This document shows positions 53,458 through 63,563 of a stretch of 64,000 nt of DNA, one piece after another. Source of the stretch: Limosilactobacillus sp. (lineage in GTDB: Bacteria > Bacillota > Bacilli > Lactobacillales > Lactobacillaceae). The position numbers and the translations under genes were made by a program. Position 1 is the first letter of the stretch, and each line of letters starts with the position of its first letter. The notes beneath the pieces are model-generated. The model searched no databases and was not told where the DNA came from. It saw only the letters and a program-made list of their open reading frames with translations. The stretch lies in contig NZ_JBJEEL010000010.1 in assembly GCF_051873035.1 (NCBI RefSeq), forward strand, positions 5,129-69,128. The letters run 5' to 3'.

Positions 53458-54660
53458 TTACCAAACGAACAGGCCAACAAAGGCAGCTGATAAGAGTGAT
53501 ACTAAGATACCAGACAACAGCAGGTAACCAATGTTTGAGGCGATGTAGTCGTTATCTTCCTTGTTAGCCAAGCCCTTGAAGGCACCGATGATCATACCAA
53601 GGGTACCAAAGTTGGCAAAGGAGGTAACGAAGACAGTCAAGACAGCCTTCAAGTGTTCTGGGTAGTGGGCGATGTCCCCCGTAACCTTACCCATAACAAC
53701 GAATTCGTTAGTAACTAACTTCATACCCATGTCTTGGGCCAGTTGCCATGCTTGGTGAACTGGCAGACCAAGTAACCATGAGAATGGGAACATGATAACA
53801 CCAAGGATGCTTTCCAGTGATAATGGCTTCCAGAACAATGCCAGAATCTTATCAATCAAAGCAGCCAAGGCAACGAAGGCAACAACGTTAGCAACGATGA
53901 TCAGGATCAGCTTACCAGCACCTAGGATGGAGTCACCCAAGAAGCTGAAGAATGGTTCCTTCTTACCGTTATCAGTTGCACCAACCTTTTCAATGGTATC
54001 TTCTTCTGGTGCCAACTTAACTGGGTTCAACATACTAGTAGCAATTAAAGCGTTAATAATGTTGATTGGAACCGCAGTTAAAATGTATTGACCAGGCATC
54101 ATTTCGATGTAGGCACCCAGGATGGAGGCCGTAACACAAGACATTGACATCATGGCCAAGGTCAGGTTACGTTCCTTGCTCATCTTCCGAATTTGCATAC
54201 CAGAAACGGCCAAAACTTCAGTGTTACCTAAGAACATCATTTCAACAGCGAAGAAAGATTCGAACTTCGGTTGACCAGTGATGTAGGAAAGTCCACGTCC
54301 GATCCACTTGATGATCCATGGCAAGAAGCCGATGTAAGTCAAGATATCGAACAATGGAACAATCATCAGGATTGGCATCAGTGCAGAACAAATGAAGTTT
54401 AAGTTCTTAACGTTGTACCAATCACCTAATGCAAAGACCGTACCTTTTGCTGATACGTCAACAATCCAAACGAATCCATCAGCGGCAGCCTTAACACCGG
54501 CCCGCCCGGCTGAAGAACCAGTCAGGAACCAGGCCAGAATTAAGTTCAGCACGACCATGATGGCAACCGTCTTCCAATTGATGGCTTTGCGGTTCTTAGA
54601 GAACAGCCAACCAATCGCTAGGAAAACAATCAAACCTAGAATATTGATTGCAAGATACAT
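53458..54660 (-). CDS. nupC: NupC/NupG (CNT) nucleoside transporter
   Basis: MFLGNTE, KLVTNEFV and FANFGT motifs. Confidence 0.92.
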   Translation of the reverse strand: MYLAINILGLIVFLAIGWLFSKNRKAINWKTVAIMVVLNLILAWFLTGSSAGRAGVKAAADGFVWIVDVSAKGTVFALGDWYNVKNLNFICSALMPILMIVPLFDILTYIGFLPWIIKWIGRGLSYITGQPKFESFFAVEMMFLGNTEVLAVSGMQIRKMSKERNLTLAMMSMSCVTASILGAYIEMMPGQYILTAVPINIINALIATSMLNPVKLAPEEDTIEKVGATDNGKKEPFFSFLGDSILGAGKLILIIVANVVAFVALAALIDKILALFWKPLSLESILGVIMFPFSWLLGLPVHQAWQLAQDMGMKLVTNEFVVMGKVTGDIAHYPEHLKAVLTVFVTSFANFGTLGMIIGAFKGLANKEDNDYIASNIGYLLLSGILVSLLSAAFVGLFVW

Positions 54661-54771
54661 GGTTGTAATACACCCCTTATAAAAAAATCCATGTAATAAA
54701 CATTGTTGTCTACACTACTAGAATCGATAAATCAATAATTGCTTTGTGCGGTGAGACAACTTTACGATCTA

Positions 54772-54946
54772 AGAATATCCTACTTCGGCACTTGTGTAAA
54801 GGCTTAAATAATTCAAAGATTGTGAAATGATAGTCCTTCCATTGGGCCGTTCGGTATTAAAACGGTTTACGTGCGGCGTTGCTGAAACGTTTTACTATTT
54901 ACGTAAGCGTTCACAAACTTTTTAAACTTTTTTGTAAGCGCTCACC
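54772..54946 (-). promoter_or_regulatory. nupC promoter with upstream cre/LacI-type operators
   Basis: TTTACA-17-TATTCT; TAAAACGGTTTACG, TGAAACGTTTTACT, CGTAAGCGTTCACA and TGTAAGCGCTCACC. Confidence 0.55.
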
Positions 54947-54976
54947 TTGTGAATAAAATACGGGAATAAAAAGTGC

Positions 54977-55033
54977 AAAAAAACGGCGACCAGGTCGTTT
55001 TAACTTCGACTGGTCGCCCGCCCCTGCCAAGGA
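54977..55033 (-). ncRNA. Candidate ~55-nt small RNA
   Basis: TTGTTT(55067-55062)-17-TATAAT(55044-55039), then UCCUUGGCAGGGGC, hairpin GGCGACCAG/CUGGUCGCC and U7. Confidence 0.35.
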
Positions 55034-55065
55034 CATTCATTATAACCCTTATTATAAGTTGAAAC

Positions 55066-55371
55066 AAAAAAGCGGAGACAAATTAATGTCTCCGTGCTTC
55101 CCATGAAGAGGTAACAACTGCACTTAATTTAATTAAGGTTCGTTGGTAACGTGCCCTTGTGTTTGTTCTTCCGCCAAGGATGAAGAACTAAAGCTTAATC
55201 ATTTAAGGTTGTAGATATGGCCACTAATTTTTAGCTAACATACTTTTCAAGGAAACTAAAGTGTTTCATGTGGAGTGGGGTGTCGTTAATTATCGTGTTA
55301 TTAATTAACTAGCTTCAAAGTAGTTTATTATGAGAAGATGTTCGTTCAAAATCAGCCATTACCTCTTCACA
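55066..55371 (-). ncRNA. Candidate ~305-nt structured non-coding RNA
   Basis: TTGACC-17-TATACT promoter (55405-55377); 17-bp 5'/3' closing helix; terminator CGGAGACA/UGUCUCCG-U6; no credible ORF. Confidence 0.6.
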
Positions 55372-55532
55372 TCTTTAGTATAGTTCATCCCCCTATCAAG
55401 GTCAAACAAACCGCGTCACGTCAACGTTAGTAGCAGTTTTACAAGTTAGACAAACCACCCTCAATCAGCGGATCTCAAATTGGTTTTTAAACTCTTTAAC
55501 CCGCATTTGATTAGTAACTAATTAAAAAAATT

Positions 55533-56888
55533 TTATTTATTTTTTCCCTTTGCAGTGTAATTAAAGCCCCAGGCAAGGAGGGCAAAGATAATCACCGAAA
55601 TAATCAGTGGAATCCGGGTCGCATCGATAAATAGCAATACCACTAATACCCCAAAGAAGAAGATAATCGTTAACCAGCTCGTTACCGGGTAACCGGGCAT
55701 CTTGAACTGCTTAATCCCTTCCGGATGGGCCTGGCGGAACTTAATGTGAGCAAACATGATGATCAACCAGGTAAAGATAAAGGTAATCGTCGAGACCCCG
55801 GCAATCACTTCGAAGATTCCGGCTGGCATAACATAGTTCAAAACTACCGTAATGAAGAGAACGAGGGTCGAAAAGGTCAGGGCCCGGTTGGGAACCGCCT
55901 GCGGACTGAGTTCTTTAAACCGCCGCGGGGCGTTTCCACTAACGGCCAGTGCGTACAGTGACCGGCTAGTACTAAAGATAGCACTATTCGTTGCTGACAT
56001 GGCCGCCGTTAAAACCACAAAGTTTAAAATACCGGCAGCCCCGGGAATACCGATTGCCGCGAATACCTGGACAAAGGGACTCGAACTAGTTTTAACATTG
56101 AACCACGGGTAGATTGACATCAGCGCAATCATTGATCCAATGTAGAAAAGACCGATCCGGACCGGCAGGGTATTAATAGCCTTAGGAATGTCCTTTTGCG
56201 GATTACGGGTCTCCCCGGCGGTCAGACCGACCATTTCAATTCCGACAAAGGCAAAAACAACCATTTGAAAGGACAAGAGAAAACCCATTGGCCCGGTCGG
56301 GAAAAAGCCTCCCTGGTTAACTAGGTTGGCCAGGGAAACGGTCCGGCCACTAACCTGGCCATGCATAACAATGAGCACCAGGCCGACGAGAATCAGGGCC
56401 ACAATCGCCAGAACCTTAATCATCGAAAACCAACTTTCCAGCTCACCAAACAGACCAACATTAATCATGTTAACCAGCATTAAGGCCACCACGATTACTA
56501 GCGGGCCCACCCACTGGGGAAGGTGGGGGAACCAGTAACGGAGATAAATTCCCGTGGCAGTTAAGTCCGCCATTGCCAAGGTTAACCAGCAGGCCCAGTA
56601 CATCCAACCGGCGATAAACTCCATTCGGTCACCAAGGTAGTACTGGATGGCATCGATGAACGAGTGGCGGGACGGGTCTTCCAATAATAACTCACCGAGC
56701 GCCCGCATCATGAAGAAGATAAAGATACCGACAATCAAGTAGGAAAGGATGATTGACGGCCCGGCCGCGTGAATTGCAGAACCAGAGCCCAGAAAGAGTC
56801 CTGTCCCGATGGCACCACCGATAGCAATCATCGTAATGTGACGGCTCTTTAACGAGCGTTTTAGTTTTTCGTTTTGCTGTTCATCCAT
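55533..56888 (-). CDS. APC amino acid permease (CycA-like; glycine predicted)
   Basis: RHITMIAIGGAIGTGLF, FGELESW and FAFVGIE motifs; upstream T-box. Confidence 0.92.
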   Translation of the reverse strand: MDEQQNEKLKRSLKSRHITMIAIGGAIGTGLFLGSGSAIHAAGPSIILSYLIVGIFIFFMMRALGELLLEDPSRHSFIDAIQYYLGDRMEFIAGWMYWACWLTLAMADLTATGIYLRYWFPHLPQWVGPLVIVVALMLVNMINVGLFGELESWFSMIKVLAIVALILVGLVLIVMHGQVSGRTVSLANLVNQGGFFPTGPMGFLLSFQMVVFAFVGIEMVGLTAGETRNPQKDIPKAINTLPVRIGLFYIGSMIALMSIYPWFNVKTSSSPFVQVFAAIGIPGAAGILNFVVLTAAMSATNSAIFSTSRSLYALAVSGNAPRRFKELSPQAVPNRALTFSTLVLFITVVLNYVMPAGIFEVIAGVSTITFIFTWLIIMFAHIKFRQAHPEGIKQFKMPGYPVTSWLTIIFFFGVLVVLLFIDATRIPLIISVIIFALLAWGFNYTAKGKNK

Positions 56889-56930
56889 AACTATGCCTCC
56901 TTAATTGTTACTGACTCGTTCGTAAGCCAA

Positions 56931-57122
56931 TAAAAAACGTCCCTGGTACTCAAATACCAGGGACGTTTTTTAACGCGGTTCCACCCATCTTTATAACTGT
57001 CGATAACAGTTACCTCTCGGTTGATATTGGAACCACCCACTTTTACGAACATGCCATTATGTTGGTCCCGACTTTCAGCTCCTGCCGGGCTCTCTGTTAG
57101 CCAACATTAGAATTTACTCATA
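56931..57122 (-). promoter_or_regulatory. T-box riboswitch, probable Gly specificity
   Basis: AGUA, AGAGA and GCUGA motifs; T-box GGUGGAACCGCG; terminator CGUCCCUGGUA/UACCAGGGACG-UUUUUU; putative specifier GGC. Confidence 0.85.
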
Positions 57123-57242
57123 ATTATAATCATCTACCGTTAAATGTCAAACATCAATTATATAAATTGGAGAATCATTCGGGCTTTGTAAGCCTTATCA
57201 TTATTAGCAGGGCATTTATTCGCTTTTATTTTAAATTACTCA

Positions 57243-57986
57243 TTAAACGTTAAGAACCTTGTCCAAGAAGTTCTGTGTATCCGGATGTTGCGGATGATCA
57301 AAAATCTGTTCAGGGGTTCCCTGCTCACGAATATTACCGTCGTGGAAGAAAACCACTCGGTCAGCTACTTGCTTAGCAAAGCCCATTTCGTGGGTCACAA
57401 CGATCATCGTCATTCCCTGTTGGGCGAGGTTCTTCATTACGGCCAACACATCACCAACCATTTCGGGATCCAGTGCACTGGTGGGCTCATCGAACAGCAT
57501 TACGTCTGGTTTCATCGCCAGGGCCCGGGCAATCGCCACCCGCTGTTTTTGCCCCCCGGAGAGGGTTTTCGGGTTAACGTTGGCCTTATCCTTTAGGCCG
57601 ACAATGTCAAGGTAGTGGAGGGCCTCCTTAGCTACCGTTGCCTTGTCCGCCTTCTTTAGCTGGACGGGCGCCAGGGTAATGTTATCAATGACACTCATGT
57701 TGGGGAAAAGATTGAAGTGCTGGAAGACCATCCCGATGTTTTCCCGAACCTTATTAATGTTAACACTCGGGTCCGCAATGTCGTAACCATCGACGTAGAC
57801 GTGACCACCATTAGGAATTTCCAGCCGGTTAAGGCACCGTAAAAAGGTACTTTTACCGGATCCAGAAGGGCCAATCATGCAGACCACTTCACTGGGCTTA
57901 ACATTGAGGTTAATTCCTTGCAGGACTTCATTTTTACCGTAACTCTTGTGTAAGTCTTTTACTTGTACCTTATATTGTTTGTCCAT
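57243..57986 (-). CDS. glnQ: Polar amino acid ABC transporter ATPase (GlnQ-like)
   Basis: [24 protein letters not shown] and [11 protein letters not shown] motifs. Confidence 0.9.
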   Translation of the reverse strand: MDKQYKVQVKDLHKSYGKNEVLQGINLNVKPSEVVCMIGPSGSGKSTFLRCLNRLEIPNGGHVYVDGYDIADPSVNINKVRENIGMVFQHFNLFPNMSVIDNITLAPVQLKKADKATVAKEALHYLDIVGLKDKANVNPKTLSGGQKQRVAIARALAMKPDVMLFDEPTSALDPEMVGDVLAVMKNLAQQGMTMIVVTHEMGFAKQVADRVVFFHDGNIREQGTPEQIFDHPQHPDTQNFLDKVLNV

Positions 57987-57987
57987 A

Positions 57988-59451
57988 TTAAGCCATCCTC
58001 TTTTGAATGTAGTTTGATAACCAAGTCAACAGGGTAATGATAATGATGTAGATCGTACCGATAATTAACCACATCTTGAACCCTTCCATGTTTTGCGAAA
58101 TGATGACCGTCCCCGTTTGGGTCAGCTCCATTACCCCAATGGCGGATAGAATTGACGTATCCTTCAAGGTAATGATGAACTGGTTGACCAACGATGGCAC
58201 CATAATCTTGATCCCTTGTGGCGCAACCACCTTAACTAGGGCCTTGCGGTATGGAAGCCCTAGGCTACGAGCGGCTTCCCATTGGCCAGGATCAACGGCA
58301 TCAAAGCCGCCCTTAACGATCGCACCGATGTAGGCCCCTTCATCCAGCATCAAAGTCATTACCCCGGCTAAGAATAGTGGTACCTTGTGCCCTAATACAT
58401 TTGGCAGCCCCATGTAGATAAAGAAGGCTAAAACGATCATTGGCAGGCCCCGGAAAATGTAGATAATAATGCTCGAGACGGCATTGGCCACCTTGTTTTG
58501 CATTACCCCAAGGACACCGAGGATCAACCCAAAGATCATGGCGAGGATAATACCAACCACCGTTAGCTGAACGGTCATCCATAAACCATTTAACAGGGCG
58601 GCCCGGTTAGCCTTGATAAGGCCCCAAACAGTCCGGCTGGCGGTACTGCTCTTAGTCGTCTTTGTGCTCTTGGTGTACTTGTTAATAATTTGCTTCATCT
58701 GGCCGGTCTTCTTCAGCCACGTGATACCATCATTAACCTTATTTTGGAGGGCCAAGTTTTTACCCTTCTGGAAACCAACGGCCACGGGTTGGGCGTTAAT
58801 TGGCTTCTTGGTAACCACCTTCAGCGGTACCCCTGTCCGGATACCGTATTCAAGGACCGGCCCATCATCAAAGGTGGCCGCCGTGTTACCGTTCTTAACG
58901 TCGTTCCACATTGTATTGGAAGAATCAAAGTACTTAATCTTGTAGCCGTACTTCTTTTGGTTCTTCTTGACGAAGAGGGCGGCACTCGTTCCAGACTTAG
59001 CCGAAACGGTCTTTCCCTTTAGCTGGCTCAGCGATTTAAGCTTACTATCCTTCGCAACCGCCATCATGACACCGTCAGTGTAGTAGGGCTTAGAGAAATC
59101 AAACTTTTCCTTCCGCTCATTTGTAACACTCATCCCGGCAATCACGGCGTCGACCTGACCACCCTCCAGCGCTTGTAAGTCACCGTTAAAACTCATCGGC
59201 TTTAAGCGGTACTTGAAGTGCTCGTGTTTAGCAATCTTCTTTAACATTTCAATTTCAATTCCGGGGTTCTTGCCGGAATAGCCACCCTTACTATCTTGAA
59301 TTTCGAATGGCTCAAACGTGTTGTTAGTAGCAAAAGTGTAAGTCGGTTCGGCGGCAAACACGCTCTGTGGTTCAACCAGCATCCACCCGACTGCAATCCC
59401 AATGACTGCAACTAAGGCGGTTATCCATTTTGTAAATACCGTTTTCCGCAT
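57988..59451 (-). CDS. Fused substrate-binding/permease subunit of a polar amino acid ABC transporter (GlnPH-like)
   Basis: Signal peptide, SBP_bac_3 domain (F.PFE, ER...FDFS.PYY) and permease EAA loop ([10 protein letters not shown]). Confidence 0.9.
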   Translation of the reverse strand: MRKTVFTKWITALVAVIGIAVGWMLVEPQSVFAAEPTYTFATNNTFEPFEIQDSKGGYSGKNPGIEIEMLKKIAKHEHFKYRLKPMSFNGDLQALEGGQVDAVIAGMSVTNERKEKFDFSKPYYTDGVMMAVAKDSKLKSLSQLKGKTVSAKSGTSAALFVKKNQKKYGYKIKYFDSSNTMWNDVKNGNTAATFDDGPVLEYGIRTGVPLKVVTKKPINAQPVAVGFQKGKNLALQNKVNDGITWLKKTGQMKQIINKYTKSTKTTKSSTASRTVWGLIKANRAALLNGLWMTVQLTVVGIILAMIFGLILGVLGVMQNKVANAVSSIIIYIFRGLPMIVLAFFIYMGLPNVLGHKVPLFLAGVMTLMLDEGAYIGAIVKGGFDAVDPGQWEAARSLGLPYRKALVKVVAPQGIKIMVPSLVNQFIITLKDTSILSAIGVMELTQTGTVIISQNMEGFKMWLIIGTIYIIIITLLTWLSNYIQKRMA

Positions 59452-59669
59452 TATCAACCGACTCCCTTTTTAATCAAATTAACATTGTTACAACTTTATC
59501 ATCGAAAGTACTAGGATGTAATAGTTTGAAGCAAAGTCCGTTAATATCCAAGATGGTAGCGCTTTTATATTTTGATTATTAAGATTTATCCCCGCTGATC
59601 GGTTAATTTAAATAAGTTTGATTAGAGCTAAAATAAGAAAACAATGAGAAAACGCCAAGAGTATCTAAA

Positions 59670-59712
59670 AAGGCCGGTAACCCTCGGATTTTTTCCGAGG
59701 GTTACCGGCCTT
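59670..59712 (-). terminator. serS terminator
   Basis: AGGCCGGTAACCCTCGGA-TTTT-TCCGAGGGTTACCGGCCT with an A-tract on its left. Confidence 0.8.
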
Positions 59713-59731
59713 AATACTTATATAGTTGAAC

Positions 59732-61030
59732 TTACTTGTTCCGGAATGGAACCGCGTTTTCCTTAGTAATCTTAGTAACACCGTGCATGTATGGTACCAG
59801 TACCTTTGGAATCGTTACGGAACCGTCGGCATTTTGGTAGTTTTCCAAAATAGCCGCGACCGTCCGGCCAACAGCTAAGCCTGAACCGTTCAGCGTGTGA
59901 ACGTATTGCAGCTTGCCGTTTTCATCACGGTACTGGGTGTGCATCCGCCGAGCCTGGAAGTCCAAGCAGTTAGAACAACTAGAAACTTCACGATACTTGT
60001 TTTGGGCTGGCATCCACAGTTCCAGGTCATGGGTTTCAGAAGCAGTGAAGGACATATCACTAGTCGTCAGAGTGATGACGTGATATGGGATTTCCAACTT
60101 CTTGAGGATGCTTTCGGCGTTGGCCGTCATCTTCTCCAATTCATCCCATGAGTCTTCCGGCTTCGTGTACTTAACCATTTCGACCTTGTTGAACTGGTGC
60201 ATCCGGATCAAGCCCCGGGTATCACGACCAGCGGCCCCGGCTTCGGACCGGAAGCAAGGGGTCAGCGCCGTTACATAAACGGGTAGTTCTTCTGCCGGGA
60301 TTACTTCACCGCGGTAGTAGTTGGTCAATGGAACTTCGGCCGTTGGGATCAGCGTCATATCTTCACCGTTAACTTGGTAAACCCCGTCCTTGAACTTCGG
60401 GAATTGACCGGTGCCGTACATGGAAGCCGCGTTAACAATGTATGGTGGCAATACTTCGGTATAACCATCCTTCATGTGTTCATCGAGCATGAAGTTGTAT
60501 ACCGCCCGTTCCAATTGTGCACCAAGGCCCAGGTAGTAAACAAAGCGGGCACCAGAAACCTTACCAGCCCGGTCAAAGTCCAGGATCCCTAACTGTTCAC
60601 CAACGTCCCAGTGGTGCTTAGGCTGAAAGTCAAAGTCCCGAATCTTACCAACCTTACGCAATTCGACTGCCCCATCTTCGGTTAGGCTAACCGGGACCCC
60701 TTCATGTGGGATGTTCGGCAGGCGAGACATCTTATCATGCAGTTCCTCGTCATTAGCTTCGACTTGTTCATCTAGCTTCTTGATCTGCTCACCGAGTTCC
60801 CGAGTCTGCTGGATAGCTTCCTCAGCAGATTCACCGTTCTTCTTCGCTTCACCGATCTTCTTGGAGGCAGTGTTTCGTTCCGCCTTCATTGCTTCGGTCT
60901 TTTGTAGTAGGTCGCGCCGCTTTTGGTCCAAGGCGATGACTTCGTCAATTTCTTCGGCCTTAATTCCCCGGGTTGCGAGCTTTTGCTTATAGAAATCAGG
61001 GTTTTGCCGAATCTTCTTAATATCTAACAT
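59732..61030 (-). CDS. serS: Serine--tRNA ligase
   Basis: [32 protein letters not shown] and HTLNGSG motifs. Confidence 0.98.
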   Translation of the reverse strand: MLDIKKIRQNPDFYKQKLATRGIKAEEIDEVIALDQKRRDLLQKTEAMKAERNTASKKIGEAKKNGESAEEAIQQTRELGEQIKKLDEQVEANDEELHDKMSRLPNIPHEGVPVSLTEDGAVELRKVGKIRDFDFQPKHHWDVGEQLGILDFDRAGKVSGARFVYYLGLGAQLERAVYNFMLDEHMKDGYTEVLPPYIVNAASMYGTGQFPKFKDGVYQVNGEDMTLIPTAEVPLTNYYRGEVIPAEELPVYVTALTPCFRSEAGAAGRDTRGLIRMHQFNKVEMVKYTKPEDSWDELEKMTANAESILKKLEIPYHVITLTTSDMSFTASETHDLELWMPAQNKYREVSSCSNCLDFQARRMHTQYRDENGKLQYVHTLNGSGLAVGRTVAAILENYQNADGSVTIPKVLVPYMHGVTKITKENAVPFRNK

Positions 61031-61046
61031 CGTGTTTCCTCCTTAC

Positions 61047-61268
61047 AAAAAGAGCCATTCCATCCTCAAAAAATTTTGGGACGAAATGGCTCTTAGTTCC
61101 GCGGTACCACCCAAGTTTGACATCGTAATGTCACCCTCGTGATGGATAACGGTCATCGGCCGTGCGGCATTACCCGCCCACGATTATCCTGCACCGGAGT
61201 TTCGGTCAACTGCTTCCACCACCCGCAGTCTCTCTAGACGACCTACTTGAAATGCATCCGTGTTTCTT
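61047..61268 (-). promoter_or_regulatory. T-box riboswitch (Ser, UCC specifier)
   Basis: AGUA, AGAGA and GGUGGAA motifs; GAAAC-UCC specifier loop; GGUGGUACCGCG; terminator upstream of serS. Confidence 0.9.
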
Positions 61269-61338
61269 ATTTCGCCATTATCATATTACATCTTTACGAA
61301 TTAAGCAATCATTATTTTAATAAAGTTCAGTCTAAAAA

Positions 61339-61376
61339 GGGTGTGACAGTAGTCGTAAACAACTTCTGTCACACCC
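61339..61376. repeat. Mini copy of the dispersed element / apbE terminator
   Basis: GGGTGTGACAGTAGTCGTAAACAACTTCTGTCACACCC resembles the right end of copies A and B. Confidence 0.65.
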
Positions 61377-61410
61377 GACTTATTTTGAATGTTACCTAAA
61401 GACTTAACAA

Positions 61411-62334
61411 TTAAAGGTTAACATTTTCGATTTGTTCATCATTGTGAATGAAGACTGCACCACGGTTTCCTGGTTGGTCAGCCCATCCGGCAATCGGTGC
61501 CCCATTAAAGAATAGGCGCTTGGCCTCCACTTCCCCGAGCACGGACTTATCCGTAAAGACCGTCACACTGCTCAGATCCGTTTCCAGTGGGTAACCCGTC
61601 CGCGGATCCAGGAGGTGGTGGTATCGTTTACCATCCTTTACCAGGAAACGCTCGTAAATTCCCGAAGTTACCGCTGAGCAGGCCGGCTGACGGACAGTCT
61701 CGAGGTCCTGGCCCCGCTTAAGCTGCGGGTCTTGTACCCCAATTATCCACTGACCATCCGACCGTCGTGGCGATTGACCAACAAAGAGGAGGTTACCACC
61801 GAGGTTAATAATCCCGGCTGGTACCCCCTGTGCCGCCCAGAAATCACGGATCCGGTCGGCAATATAGCCCTTTGCAATTCCACCAAGGTCGAGCTCCATT
61901 CCCGCCTCTTCTAAGAAGACGGTCTGGTTTTCATCATCTAATAATACCTTGTAGGGATCGGTCAGTGCGAGTCGCTCCTTGATAGCGGCCGGACTAGGAA
62001 CGTTCGCCCCGGCAAAACCAATTTTCCATAACTTAACTAAGGGCCCAATTAAGGCATTAAAGCCAAAATTCTCCCGGCTATAATGAACGGCCAACTTGAT
62101 TAACTCATAGGTGGTCGGTGAAACCAGCTTCGGCATTTTACCTGCCGCCTGATTTACCGCCATGACTTCCGAGACGGGACGGTTAACGGTCAACCGGTCC
62201 TCGTAACCATCAATTAACTTCATCGACTGGTCCAAAACGGGGTAGTACTGGTCACCATACACCGTTAGTACAATTTTAGTACCAAGGGCGTGGTGAACTA
62301 GACTGTGCTTTTGGGCCATTAATTCACTCGCCAT
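61411..62334 (-). CDS. apbE: FAD:protein FMN transferase (ApbE family), no signal peptide
   Basis: DLGGIAKGY, INLGGN, VTSGIYER and YHHLLDPRTGYP motifs. Confidence 0.93.
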   Translation of the reverse strand: MASELMAQKHSLVHHALGTKIVLTVYGDQYYPVLDQSMKLIDGYEDRLTVNRPVSEVMAVNQAAGKMPKLVSPTTYELIKLAVHYSRENFGFNALIGPLVKLWKIGFAGANVPSPAAIKERLALTDPYKVLLDDENQTVFLEEAGMELDLGGIAKGYIADRIRDFWAAQGVPAGIINLGGNLLFVGQSPRRSDGQWIIGVQDPQLKRGQDLETVRQPACSAVTSGIYERFLVKDGKRYHHLLDPRTGYPLETDLSSVTVFTDKSVLGEVEAKRLFFNGAPIAGWADQPGNRGAVFIHNDEQIENVNL

Positions 62335-62342
62335 GGGTCAAA

Positions 62343-63563
62343 TTAGTTTTCAGAAGCACCAGTAGTTGCGTCGGCGCTGTCATCATCAGCGTCAACACTG
62401 CCACTTTCGGAAGCACCAGTTGAAGCATCGGCGTCGTCAGTTTCACTAGCGGTGTTGTCTGCTACTGGTTCAGTAGCAGAACTTTCGGAAGCGCCAGTGG
62501 AGGCATCCGTTGCCGTGGTGTCCTCAGCACTATCATCATGCTTTGAGGCACCGGTGCTGGCATCTGGCTTGTTATCCCAAGCACCATTTTCAAAGAGGTT
62601 CAGGATGTATTCAACGCTACCCGTAAATTCAATGGTTCCCAGGTAGTGACCATCGACATCCCGCAGTGCGTAGTATTGGATCAGTGAACGGTGGCCGTTC
62701 ATCCACAGTGGCCGAGTTACTACATCCTTTTTACCGTCACGGAAACTGTTAATAATTCCCATCACAATCGGCACAGCCTTTGGTGGGTGGCATTCAGTAA
62801 CTGGTTCGTTCAGGGAAGCCACGTTCCGAACGTGCTCCCGGTTAGGCTTGTCAGAGTACCAAGCGAACCGGTCTGAACTGTCAACCAGGTCGACTTCGAA
62901 TGGAATTGTACTAAAGATTTGTTGAACTTCCTTTAATGACAGCCGGCCAGTTGGGAAGTTAATGTAAGCATCACTAATTGTTGGGCGTTTAATCGACATC
63001 TGGACTTCCTCCTCATTAACATTTTGGAAAATTTGAATGTACTCAATGAAGTTTGTAAAGCACCGTTCAAGGTTATCGCGCATCTCTTCGTTAATCAGGC
63101 GACCATCCTTGGAGAAGACCCGACTGGCGCCACCAATCAACACCTCATTACCAGGAAGAAGGTTGGCATCACAGTCTGGTGAGATTAAAATCTGGCGCAT
63201 TTGGACTTGTGAACGAGCAGATGCCTGGCGGCCATAAGAGACCCCGACGACCATTACCGGCTTATGCTTTAAAACGTGGGTATGATAAGACAGCCATTCC
63301 ACGGCACTCTTTAACGCTGCCGGAATTCCGTGGTCGTATTCAGGCGTGGAAAAGACTATCCCGTCGGCGGCCTTAACCTTTTCCTTTAACTTCCAAACCT
63401 CAGTCTGTTCTTCCAGTGGTACATCCACACTAAAGGCTGGTAGCTTACTAATCTCGTAAAGTTCAATGTCGGCCATTTGCTTGAAGTGCTTCTTCATAAA
63501 CTGGAGTAAAATCCGGTTGTACGAGAACTTAGCGTTGGTCCCGACTAAAGCTAAAATCTTCAT
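62343..63563 (-). CDS. NAD(P)H-dependent FMN reductase + PAS-like domain + acidic tail with four flavinylation motifs
   Basis: TPEYDHGIPAALKS..EWLS FMN_red domain; PAS_10-like 'IPFEVDLVD...ECHPPK'; DASTGAS x3 and DATTGAS. Confidence 0.88.
   Translation of the reverse strand: MKILALVGTNAKFSYNRILLQFMKKHFKQMADIELYEISKLPAFSVDVPLEEQTEVWKLKEKVKAADGIVFSTPEYDHGIPAALKSAVEWLSYHTHVLKHKPVMVVGVSYGRQASARSQVQMRQILISPDCDANLLPGNEVLIGGASRVFSKDGRLINEEMRDNLERCFTNFIEYIQIFQNVNEEEVQMSIKRPTISDAYINFPTGRLSLKEVQQIFSTIPFEVDLVDSSDRFAWYSDKPNREHVRNVASLNEPVTECHPPKAVPIVMGIINSFRDGKKDVVTRPLWMNGHRSLIQYYALRDVDGHYLGTIEFTGSVEYILNLFENGAWDNKPDASTGASKHDDSAEDTTATDASTGASESSATEPVADNTASETDDADASTGASESGSVDADDDSADATTGASEN
62351..62564 (-). 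repeat. Four DNA repeats encoding D-A-[S/T]-T-G-A-S
   Basis: Copies at about 62351-62372, 62408-62429, 62485-62507 and 62542-62564. Confidence 0.85.

Noticed and set aside
55315-55359. 14-codon ORF MADFERTSSHNKLL at the 5' end of the candidate RNA (type I toxin or leader peptide?)
   Set aside because: GAGG lies only 2 nt from the ATG and the peptide is not hydrophobic. It is not excluded, but nothing supports it.
54661-55400. Purine (guanine/adenine/2'-dG) riboswitch upstream of the nucleoside transporter
   Set aside because: The conserved core (UAUAA...AUAUGG...GUUUCUACC...CCGUAAA) is not present on the coding strand.
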